Below are positions 39,450-49,344 of a DNA stretch of 64,000 nt, piece by piece; position 1 is the stretch's first letter; the number at the start of each line of letters is the position of its first letter. The DNA comes from Eledone cirrhosa. Lineage: Eukaryota. The stretch covers positions 339,016,001 through 339,080,000 of the forward strand of contig OZ024743.1 in assembly GCA_964016885.1 (NCBI GenBank). Direction: 5' to 3'. The translations under genes and the position numbers were made by a program. A model generated the notes under the pieces. That model saw only the letters and a list, made by a program, of their open reading frames with translations. It was not told the origin of the DNA and did not search any database.

Positions 39450-41672
39450 TCTATCCAATTTATCCAAAAGAGATCTTGACAATGATGAAATGCAAATTCT
39501 GTCAAAAGGACTGAAATTCACACCGACTCCAAAAGTCAACCACCAAGAACTGAAGGAGGATACCCAATAATTCTGTCGAAAATTACGTCTTGTAGAATTC
39601 TTCGCTGATAAAAGTAATGAGAGTGATGAATCACTAGTAAAGAATAAATCAAATTTCACTCCACCAAAAGGAAGAAATATCTATCTCGACCAATACATTG
39701 ACATCCTGTCAAAATTTCCTCTTGGACGTAATACTAATGTTAGGCCAAACATTAACAAATCAGAAATGTCTGCACTTAAACGTATACAAAATGATAAAAC
39801 AATAATAATTAAACAAGCAGATAAAGGGGGTGCAGTTGTTATAATGGATGCTGAATACTACAAAGATTTGGTTGAGGAACAACTGAAAGACACAACATTC
39901 TATCATGAAATACCGTCAAATATAGACCACAACATCATGAAGAAGATCAACAACCTGGCTTCAAAATACCACAACTCACTGATAAGGAAAGAGACTACAT
40001 CACCAATTTTGAGCCAAAACCCAGCAACCTGTATGGCCTACCGAAAGTTCATAAGTCAAAAGAAATACAACTGGCAGTAAAAGAACAAAACAGTGAGTAC
40101 ATTAAATTACTACACCCAAAAGACTTAAAACTTAGACCTATTATAGCTGGTCCAACATGCCCCACCCACCGTCTAAGCAATTTTGTTGACATTATTTTGA
40201 AACCACTATGTATTCACATACCCAGTTTCATCCGGGATGATATCGACTTCCTGTCCCATCTTCCCAAAACCACGGAAACGAATTCACTTCTACTTAGTTT
40301 TGATGTGGTAAGCCTTTACACCAACATTACATATGATTTAGGAATAAAGGCGGTTAAATACTGGGTCGAAAAACATAGAGAAGTGATTCCCATCAGATTC
40401 ACAGCGCCATTTATATTAGACGCAGTTAAACTTATTCTGGAAAACAACACTTTCTTCTTCAATGGAAAGAATTACATCCAAATTAGAGGCACAGCGATGG
40501 GAACGAAGTTTGCTCCCGTTTACGCGAACTCTGTAATGGGATACTTAGAACAACAACTCTACCAAGAAACAGAGGAAAAATATAGCACTGACCTTAGAAA
40601 GTACATTGAAAAATCTTGGAAGAGATACCTCGACGACTGTTTCATCATCTGGACAGAATATCTAGATACTCTGGATGAGTTCAATATCCTCCTGAATAAC
40701 CTACACCCATCTCTCCAAATCACAAAAGAGATGAGTAGTACCAAATTACCATTCCTAGATATAATGATAATCAAAAACGACACCACCATTACCACGGATA
40801 TATATTATAAACACACAGACATCCATCAATATCTGAATTTTAAGTCGTGCCATCCACCTCATACAAAACGCAACATCCCATACTGCCTAGCCAGAAGAAT
40901 TTGTACCATTGTAGAAGATAGGAATACCAGGTACAAACGCCTAACAGAACTAAGAGAATTTTTGCTCAAACAAAAATACCCATCTCCACTTATAGAAAAT
41001 GGCATACAGCGGGCTATAAAAATACCTATACAACAACTTAGGACAACCCAAGGAAGAAGAAACCAAGAACTGGTCATACCATTTATAATGACACACAACC
41101 CATGTCACCAGAATATCTTCAACACTGCCAAAGCAAACCTACCGATCATTGCTCAAAGTAATGAATTAAAAGGCTTAATCACAGATCGATCTTTGACTCT
41201 TAGTAAAAGACAGCCGAAAAATTTGAAGCAATTACTAACAAAAGCAAAGTTTGACCTTAACGACAAAGACCAATCATTCACTGTATCTAAATGCAATGAT
41301 AGTCGATGTGGCACATGTCAATCCATACACGCCGGTCAATATATGAAAACAAAAACTGGAAAAATATTCCCAAATGCAAATATGAACTGCAAAAGTAGAA
41401 ATTTAATTTACTGCATTAAATGCCCGAATTGTGAAGAACTATATGTCGGTCAAACTGGAAATGCACTATCGGAACGTGCACGAGTACACCGACAGCAAAC
41501 CAGAGGCCCAAATGTCCGTCAGATACCCCTAAGTATCCATCTAGCAACATGTGGTCAGGGAATATTTATAATATTCCCATTCTACAAATTACACAGCCCA
41601 AGTGAAATCAAGAGAAAAATCAAAGAAAAGAATTTTATTGTTAAATTCAAACCCAAGCTAAATGAGCAATAA
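39450..41672 (+). pseudogene. Penelope RT-GIY-YIG ORF (intact 491-aa 3' part; stop at ~39568 and frameshift at ~39990 upstream)
   Basis: NLS..LSKGLKFTPTP, IKQADKGG, LYGLPKVHK, FDVVSLYTNI, GTAMG, RYLDD, LPFLD, linker C...RC..C, LIYCIKC..C...YVGQTG. Confidence 0.92.
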
Positions 41673-41869
41673 TAATGGAGTATTAATCCTACTATGACTA
41701 TGACTACGACCACTAACAACAACAACAATAATAATAATAAAAGTGATGTTGATGGTGATGATTACTAGAAAATGCTATTTTCATCATTTCTAAAAATAGC
41801 AAAACAATTGATGCTTTGGATAGGGTCAATTAGTAGTCGTTAGACATGCTCAACCAACCGCAACGCCTA

Positions 41870-41970
41870 AACCAATCAGCTTTATTGATGTAGTGAAACT
41901 ACACACCGATTGGTCGAAATACAATTTGCAAGATTTAGCATTCTGGAGCCACTTTCCGCTGTATATAAGG
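41870..41970 (+). promoter_or_regulatory. Putative pseudo-LTR Pol II promoter
   Basis: CCAAT 41872-41876, inverted CCAAT 41909-41913, TATATAA 41962-41968, all upstream of the hammerhead. Confidence 0.5.
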
Positions 41971-42031
41971 CACAACATTTACCCATCTCATTACAGTTGA
42001 AAATTGCAAACTTGACTGTCACCACACAATA

Positions 42032-42070
42032 TGAACCTGAAGATTGCGAAAGCATGAAAGTACTTGTTCA
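42032..42070 (+). ncRNA. Minimal type-I hammerhead ribozyme in Penelope pLTR
   Basis: TGAAC-CTGAAGA-tTGC gaaa GCAt-GAAA-GTAC-TT-GTTCA: stem I TGAAC/GTTCA, intact core, palindromic minimal stem III. Confidence 0.8.
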
Positions 42071-42217
42071 ATTAAAACTTAACATTTAATATTCTACCAT
42101 ACTATTTCATTCTAATACCATTATAATTTTTAAAGGATTGTAAATAAAACGAGTAAATCAGACAAACTTGGAATTCCTTTTATTAATATAATCTTCTATA
42201 CACAATCATACACACCC

Positions 42218-42287
<70 letters not shown>

Positions 42288-42289
<2 letters not shown>

Positions 42290-42666
42290 AGGGAGTGTAA
42301 CTTGGAGTTACTGTAGGTTCACCCGGTTGAGCACTCGATGTTTAGCTTCACTTCAGTGTCGAGGTGTAGAGCTAGACAGAGTGTATTGTAGTGAAATAAA
42401 ATAACAAGGACGATTGGTTACTCCTTCATTACGTTTATTGGTTGGTGACGCGCGTTTCGCCACTGATCAGTTTAAGGTTCGATCTGCCCCGACTCTGTAA
42501 TCCGCGGCTTGTCAGACCCCTTCTAATTCATTTTCCCATTACCATTACAGAGTCGGGTCAGATCGATACAGATCGAAGCTTGAGCTGATTAGTGGCGAAA
42601 CGCACGCCACCAACCAATAAACGTAATTAAGGAGTAACCAATCGTCCCTGTTATTTTATTTCACTA
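42288..42666 (-). mobile_element. Non-coding fold-back Penelope-derived element, copy 1, embedded in (TA)n
   Basis: 98-bp inverted arms 42389-42486 / 42569-42666 plus inner 14-bp arms; homologous to 44902-45225. Confidence 0.78.
42444..42518 (-). ncRNA. Hammerhead ribozyme with extended stem II (core variant CUGACAA)
   Basis: Minus strand: GGT-CTGACAA-GCCGCGGAT...ATCAGTGGC-GAAA-CGCGCG-TC-ACC, then AATAAA. Confidence 0.72.
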
Positions 42667-42669
42667 TAT

Positions 42670-42758
<89 letters not shown>

Positions 42759-42887
42759 TCTAGGTAGTACGGTGAAGTACTGGTGTTCGTACCAAATCAA
42801 GCACTCTTTGCACATGCAGAGTGGATATAGATAGAAAAAGCGAGGAAGTTTCGTTTACATATGAAAAATATTTATTGCGTATCGACC

Positions 42888-42973
42888 TGTTACGCGCGTT
42901 ACGCTGAGGATTGGCTCAAGGTGACCCATAGGAGTTATGGACCCGACTCCAGTATCGATCTGCTCCTCAGGCT
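42888..42973 (-). ncRNA. Diverged hammerhead of the same extended-stem-II family
   Basis: Minus strand: CTGAGGA-GC...GAGTCGGG...ACCTTGAGC...GC-GTAA-CGCGCG-TA. AATAAA follows at 42876-42871, and (TA)n begins at 42756. Confidence 0.58.
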
Positions 42974-43288
42974 GGTGATGCTACAAACGATATATTTTTG
43001 TTGTGGTTTGTGTGTGTTTGTGTGTGTGTGTGTGTGTGTGCGCGCGCGCGTGTGGACGTGTTTTGGAATGTGTATTGGTCAGTCAAAGATTTGTTTTGGT
43101 GTAAACAGTAAGCAGGGGTAGTGGGGTGTGCCACGCATGGACCACACGATGGTAGTTTATCGTGTCGGTAAAGACATTTCACATTTTTGTCAAAGAATTT
43201 AAAAGAAAAGGTTTGTGGATAAGAAGAAATAATTGTAGGATGTATAAAATCAAGACGTGCATAGACATATACACCAAGATACATGAGC

Positions 43289-43387
<99 letters not shown>

Positions 43388-43904
43388 GATCTACACATAT
43401 GTCGCCACATACACTCTAATATATATATATATATATATATATACATACTTACACATGCAAATACATATATATACACACACACATTCACACATGCATACAT
43501 ATACACAGAGACATTTACATACATGTACATATATACATACATACACACTTATAAGTACAGACATACACACATGTATAAAAGTCCAATCATACGCACATAA
43601 ATACAGCCACATGCACTCCTACATGCTTACACTCACACGTATATATACATACGTGCACACACACATACGTACACATGCCACACGCACACGTGTATATGCA
43701 CACACAGACAAACACGTACGTATACATACATACACGCATGTATATATATATATATACACATGTACATGCACGTGCCTGTGTGCACGCCCATATACATGTA
43801 TAAACACATAAATCTGCCTATATATGTGTGGAATCGCGGGGACATAACCATCGGTGCGTGTCCCCTCATACACCCATGTACAAACACATAGCAAAGGTAA
43901 TAAT

Positions 43905-44047
43905 AATTGTTTCTACTTTTGGCAAAAGGCCAGCAATTATCCCAGTGTATTACTGGTACTTTATTTTATCGACCCCGTAAGGATGAAAGGCAAAGTTAAC
44001 CTCGGCAGGATTTGAACTCAGACCGTAAAGGGCCGTAACTCTTTGCG
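43905..44047 (-). mobile_element. tRNA-SINE partial copy
   Basis: TACTGGTACTTTATTTTATCGACCCCGTAAGGATGAAAGGCAAAG...GATTTGAACTCAG. Confidence 0.8.
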
Positions 44048-44170
44048 AATAACGACAGTAATAATTAAGAGATGGTGTACAGATAAATATAAAGAGTTAT
44101 AAGTAGGAAAAGAGTGTTCAAATAGATTTCTGTTGCTTGCCTGTCTGTTTGGTAGATATATGGCTGTGAA

Positions 44171-44413
44171 TTACTTGGTATTCTTTAGCTTCTGTTCGTC
44201 CACGTACCTGTTGAACAGGTGGGTGCGCTGGTGCAAACAGTTCATCATGATTTCGGGCCTCGCGTTTATACCGTGTTTTTTCAGTTTTATTATTTCCACT
44301 GCTTCCTCAAGGCATAACAGGCAGTGTCGTCCTCCTAGGTGGAGCGGGGGTGCCTTTCTTATGACGTTCCATTCCGTTCTAAAGGTGATGTTAGCGTCCT
44401 TAAGCTGAAATCG
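44171..44413 (-). pseudogene. C-terminal GIY-YIG endonuclease fragment of a second Penelope-like clade (Naiad-like by inference)
   Basis: Manual translation (no ATG, so absent from the track): QLKDANITFRTEWNVIRKAPPLHLGGRHCLLCLEEAVEIIKLKKHGINARPEIMMNCLHQRTHLF...*. Fits the LK..W.I..CxLCLxE..NxRxE...CxH pattern. Confidence 0.72.
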
Positions 44414-44489
44414 TGATGTACATATTCTTCTATTTAGTATATATACAATATACCGTGTTTCTTTTACGATATATAGTTCTTTTTCTCTT

Positions 44490-44618
44490 TATTTGGTATA
44501 TATATATATATTTGGTATATATATATATATATATATATTTGGTATATATATATATATATATATATTTGGTATATATATATATATATATATATATTTGGTA
44601 TATATATATATATATATT

Positions 44619-44620
<2 letters not shown>
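44490..44620. repeat. Compound repeat [TTTGG(TA)n] x5, then (TG)n
   Basis: Directly visible. Confidence 0.85.
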
Positions 44621-44686
<66 letters not shown>

Positions 44687-44901
44687 AGTGTATGTGTATG
44701 TGTGTGTGTATGTGTAAAAGGTAAACAGAATTAACAACACAATCGGTACAGAATATGGAAGGAATATATTAGGTTAACGCTTGAAATAGCAGTCCTTCAT
44801 CAAGAAAGAACGAGAGATAAAATAGATTGAATGGACGGGCGAGTTGGAATTGGAAAAAAATGTCTTTAGATAAAAATAACAGGTTCATTCGTGTTGACAT
44901 C

Positions 44902-45223
44902 AAGCCTTCATTACGTTTACTGATTAGTGACGCGCGTTTCGCTATTGATCAGCCCAAGGTTCGATCTGTATCGATTTGGCCCGACTCTGGAATCAAAAGC
45001 TCGTCGGACATCTGGTGTAGTAATGACATTACTACAGATCGAACCTTGAGCTGATCAATAGCGAAACGCGCATCACCAATCAATAAACGTAATGAAGGCT
45101 TAACAAATCGTCCTTGTATTATTATATTAGACTCTGTCTAGCTCTACACCTCGCCACTGACGTGAACCTAAATATCGAGTGTTCACCTGGGTGAACCTAC
45201 AGTAACTTCACGTTACACTCCCT

Positions 45224-45225
<2 letters not shown>
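44902..45225 (+). mobile_element. Non-coding fold-back Penelope-derived element, copy 2
   Basis: 69-bp inverted arms 44902-44970 / 45033-45101. Ends GTTACACTCCCTGG-(AT)n exactly as copy 1 does, in the opposite orientation. Confidence 0.78.
44927..45009 (-). ncRNA. Hammerhead ribozyme with extended stem II (core variant CCGACGA)
   Basis: Minus strand: GT-CCGACGA-GCTTTTGAT...ATCAATAGC-GAAA-CGCGCG-TC-AC. Confidence 0.72.
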
Positions 45226-45263
<38 letters not shown>

Positions 45264-45427
45264 TAGTGAAGCCTTCTGGCTTTATGTTGCTTGACTGAGA
45301 ATATATCCCTAGGGAAAGATGCTTGTGAAGTGTCTTTTTTATTTTAGATTACTTTATTGGGATCTACCAGTCAGTGATTTTGTATAAGATGTTTTATACA
45401 CACGCACACGCACGCACGCACGCACGA

Positions 45428-45521
<94 letters not shown>

Positions 45522-45600
45522 ACACACACCCACACACCCACACCCACACCCACACCCACACACATACACACACACATACACACACACACATACACATATA

Positions 45601-45815
45601 TAGCCTTTGTCAGGGCATTCTTCTAGGAGACGGCAACTCAGGAAACTGGGATAACTCCGATATAAAACCTGCGGCTCAGTAGTTACCGATGATGTTGATC
45701 TTTTCTTCTTTTCGGGTTATAGCTACTGTCGCTCAGAGAGTGGGATTGGCTCAGTGCACAGTCTTTCCTCACTTTAAAAAAAATCTTCATGCACAGGCAT
45801 TGCACGATAGCATTA
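45601..45815 (+). mobile_element. RTE-type 5' UTR fragment
   Basis: Similar to 34990-35125 (GATGTT.ATCT.TTCTTCTTTTC...TTATAGC...CAG.GAG.GGGA.TGG), the leader of the decayed RTE. Confidence 0.55.
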
Positions 45816-45829
45816 GTTGATAATGATTA

Positions 45830-46020
45830 ATAATTGTTTCTACCTTTGGCACAAGGCCAGCAATTACTCAGTGCATTACTGGTACTTTATTTTATCGACC
45901 CCGTAAGGATGAAAGGCAAATTTAACCTCGGCGGGATTTGAACTCAGATTGGAAAGGGCCGTAACTCTATGTATCAAAGCATGGCGTCCGACCCTCTACC
46001 GATACTGCCAATCCACCAAT
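45830..46020 (-). mobile_element. tRNA-SINE copy, same subfamily as 32256-32445
   Basis: Near reverse complement, including CCGATACTGCCAATCCACCAAT. Confidence 0.82.
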
Positions 46021-46077
46021 TGATAATTATTAATAATGTTACATTGTGCAATGACCATACTTAATAACGAGGGGGCA

Positions 46078-46109
<32 letters not shown>

Positions 46110-46114
46110 GGATT

Positions 46115-46395
46115 TGTGTGTGTGTCTGAGGGGGTAGGTGTGAGTGTATGTACAAGTCAACCAATATAAGTCTTTTTATTTCTAAATTTTCTAAACTATT
46201 ATTTGACTCTAACCATTATTTTAAGTATTACCACCCCACACTAATTCCTCAATTTGTATGTGTGGATGTGTGTGTGTGTGGAGGTGGGTGTGAGTGTATG
46301 TACAAGCCAACCTACATAAGTCTTTTTATTTGTAAATTTTCTACTTTAACCATACATTTTCAGTAGCACCACTCCACATAAATTCTTCAATTTAA
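46115..46395. repeat. Two-copy ~150-bp tandem duplication
   Basis: TGAGTGTATGTACAAG at 46141 and 46291, each followed by TAAGTCTTTTTATTT. Confidence 0.75.
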
Positions 46396-46696
46396 GAATG
46401 ACCTGTAGTATCTATTTCATACTATTAACCTTAATTGAATATATATCTGACCAGGAATGCTTTTTGTTAAAATCAGTCATATGGAACTATTGTCATCTTG
46501 CCTGACGGTTTGAACTTTACAACACCACCTGCCTCTTTGAGGTCAAATATCAACCCTACTAGCATCTACAAACTGACCAATGAGAATTAAGACTATTCCT
46601 GCTGACATTAAATTATTCGTAACAAGCTCATATGTCCCAAGGCTCTGATACCATCAACACTATAAACACAGAGCTGGCATATCCAAGAACTGACTA

Positions 46697-46752
46697 ACTG
46701 CCTGCTGAGGTCATAGCCATTCAATGGCTATCATCGAAATATATATAGCAGT
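46697..46752 (+). ncRNA. Minimal type-I hammerhead in an apparent solo pseudo-LTR (~46560-46800)
   Basis: ACTGC-CTGCTGA-GGTcATAGCCAT tca ATGGCTATcATC-GAAA-TATATA-TA-GCAGT. Upstream CCAAT (46577) and TATAAA (46661); downstream AATAAA (46757) and (TA)n at 46801. Confidence 0.75.
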
Positions 46753-46796
46753 AAATAATAAAGGATTATGAGTTCATGCAATTGACTTATGTTTCG

Positions 46797-46844
<48 letters not shown>

Positions 46845-47039
46845 TCGACCCTAGAACTTAACTGGTAATTAATTTTATCAACCTCAGTACTTAAACATCC
46901 CCACTCCAAGTCTGTTGTAAATGTATTTATGTAGACCCCAAATATTAGTAGAGTGTAAACATCACTATATAATTTTTTTTTTTTTGTGTCAACAGCAATA
47001 ATTTATTTATTTCCTTATTACATTATTTATTCTTATAAA

Positions 47040-47970
47040 CTGCACACCAGATCCGAACACGGAAGAGTCGAACTCCCACTGTCATCGCCTCCATCTCTCT
47101 CGCCCTCCCATGTATCTGTATTATGAGCAAATGGGGTCCCAGGTGCTGGCCGCTCCATGGCCCCGGCGGACAGAATGGAGAAGCATTTCCCCGGTGGATG
47201 GTAAGGGAGATGCGTTGGAAGAGTCCTTCCATCTCGCGAGGCTCACACTTGCGGCTAGCCCCCTCAGTGCTTTTGCCGTCCTTTGGTCCATCCCCACCGG
47301 CCAGAGCTGGGAAGGGAAGCCTGCAACGTTCAAGCCATGCTTTATGACCTCGTTGAGGGAGGCATGGCGTGGAAGGCAGCCGGCACTGTAGCGACAGGAA
47401 AGCGGGTGGAGGCCGAGAGAGTCCACGGTGGATCCGCAGCGACATTTGTGTGGCCAAGCCTCAGGGAAACCCCGATGCGCAGGCTATCGTTGTCCAGCTG
47501 CGTGCCAGTGGAGAAAGAGGGTAAGGCATGGAGCCAGGCACCGCTGTAGGGTTGTGAGGCCGCACGAAAACAGGCAAGTTGGTGCTGGTCGAGCTGGCGC
47601 GCTAGCCTGTCTGAGGCCAGACTGCACTGGATGGCATCCCAAATACTCTGAGGGGTCATGACGTCAGCAGGGGGAGAAGGAGGAAGGACGGTTCCACGTC
47701 TCGCAGGCGGCATCACGTTCCTCGATCACAGTGGGTTCCATTCTGTTTAGGAGAACCCTGTCGACGAGGACACGGCATGAGGTTACCGACGAAAGAAACG
47801 CCGGCAAAGCCAGCTAGATCGAGGAGCGGAGGCCAAGGCCACCATATCTAACAGGTAAGGTGGCCTGTTGCCATCCAATGTTGTCAAACCTGACGTTGCA
47901 TATCTCCTTAGCTGCCGCTCGGATACAAATGTCGAGGTCAGCAAGGAGAGATGCGTGGCTGTAGCAAGAA
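47040..47970 (-). mobile_element. Decayed CRE-like non-LTR retrotransposon 3' part (Zn knuckle + restriction-like endonuclease)
   Basis: SGAWLHALP, LRLG, CRCG..VDSLGLHPLSC...RH..LN and QRISLTIHRGNA across frameshifts; visibly GC-rich. Confidence 0.82.
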
Positions 47971-48191
47971 ACAAATAAAGAAGTTATTGTTCAGATATTG
48001 GAGATATAAAGTAAATAAATAAATAAATAAACGCGCATATATAGACACGCAGAGAACAAGATAAACATGTTTATAGATTGATATGACCTGTAGTGTAAAC
48101 AATATGCAAAGATCATAGCTGTCTTACGAAACATCTCTAATTTTCTAAATTTCTGAATGACCTGGTTACAATTTCGTGCTTCACTGCTTCC

Positions 48192-48245
<54 letters not shown>

Positions 48246-48424
48246 CACTCTTCATACATATATGTTCTCTTTTTCTTCTTTTTTTGTCCTTTCCTTTGTA
48301 TTTGAGAAAGTAAAGTAAGGTGGCTCCAATTACGAGTTCATTCAAACATTATATGACATACTAGATCAGCACTATTTTCTTGCCAAACAACTCTCTGACA
48401 AATAACTCCCCATTTTACACTTCA

Positions 48425-48892
48425 ACTCTAATTTTGGCATAAGGGCAACAATTTTGAAGGAGGGGAAATTCAATTATATCAAACTCAGTGTGTGACTGGT
48501 ATTCTACTTGATTGACACCCGTCCCCCTGGAAAGAGGAAAGAGGAAAGAGGGAAGAGGAAAGAGGAAAGAGGAAAGAGGAAAGAGGAAAGGCAAAATTGA
48601 ACTAGGCGGAGTTTGAACCCAGAACACAAAGATACTCAACAAATACTGCAAAGCATTGATCCGACTCTATAATAGCTCTGCCAATCTACCTCCTTATTAA
48701 ATATTGGTTTCCGATTTAGGCACAAGGCCAGCAATTTTGGGAAAAGGGGTAAGTGCATTACTGGTACTTTATTTTATCGTCTCCGTAAGGATGAAAGGCA
48801 AAACTCACCTCGGCAGGATTTGAACCTAGATCGTAAAAGACCGTAACTATATACCATAAAACATGTTGACCGACGCTCCACCGCCCTAGCCT
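48425..48892 (-). mobile_element. Two tRNA-SINE copies (48425-48695 with internal (GAAAGAG)n expansion; 48710-48892)
   Basis: Same SINE motifs in reverse; 7-mer repeat at 48529-48590. Confidence 0.75.
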
Positions 48893-48944
48893 CCTTATTA
48901 AATTTTAAATATTAAAACTGCATCACATTAAATATTTGTCATTT

Positions 48945-49300
48945 CTGGATGAGACAAGCAACTCTGCTTGTCACTTCATCCTACGTTTTATCCACTTCGA
49001 GATTTGGAACAAACTTGATCCTGAGCAATGTAACTGTTCTCTCAGGCCAGTACTCTAGCTACGGTGCTGCTAGACAGCATAGACCTGTATCTCCAGGTGC
49101 TGGGCTGCAAGCTTCTCAACTTATCATGGCTAATTTTCACCCCTGTCACTGCATCGTACTCCCTTGCGGTGGTGCTGATCACCTGGTTGTGTTTGCTCCC
49201 TAACACTACCATATATGCTGACAGAGATATTATGCATCATATATTCGCACAAAATGCTCCTCGAAGTCTGTATCCGCAGTAATGGCTCTAAAGCCAGTAC
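48945..49300 (-). mobile_element. Decayed L1/Tx1-like RT fragment
   Basis: Manual translation REYDAVTGVKISHDKLRSLQPSTWR...VTLLRIKFVPNLEVDKT*DEVTSRV resembles the post-YADD region of Tx1-type RTs. Confidence 0.55.
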
Positions 49301-49344
49301 ATTAGCAAATGGAAAAGTTACAGCCTCTTGTGTAACTAGTCATA

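Larger units (their letters stand above)
38741..42190 (+). mobile_element. Penelope-like element (Neptune-type by inference) with inverted 5' segment and 3' pseudo-LTR
   Basis: RT + GIY-YIG ORF, fold-back 5' junction, 3' region with CCAAT/TATA/hammerhead, followed by (TA)n. Confidence 0.9.

Noticed and set aside
44490-44620. TTTGG repeats as telomere-like sequence
   Set aside because: Units are separated by variable (TA)n and are not TTAGGG/TTAGG; a compound microsatellite.
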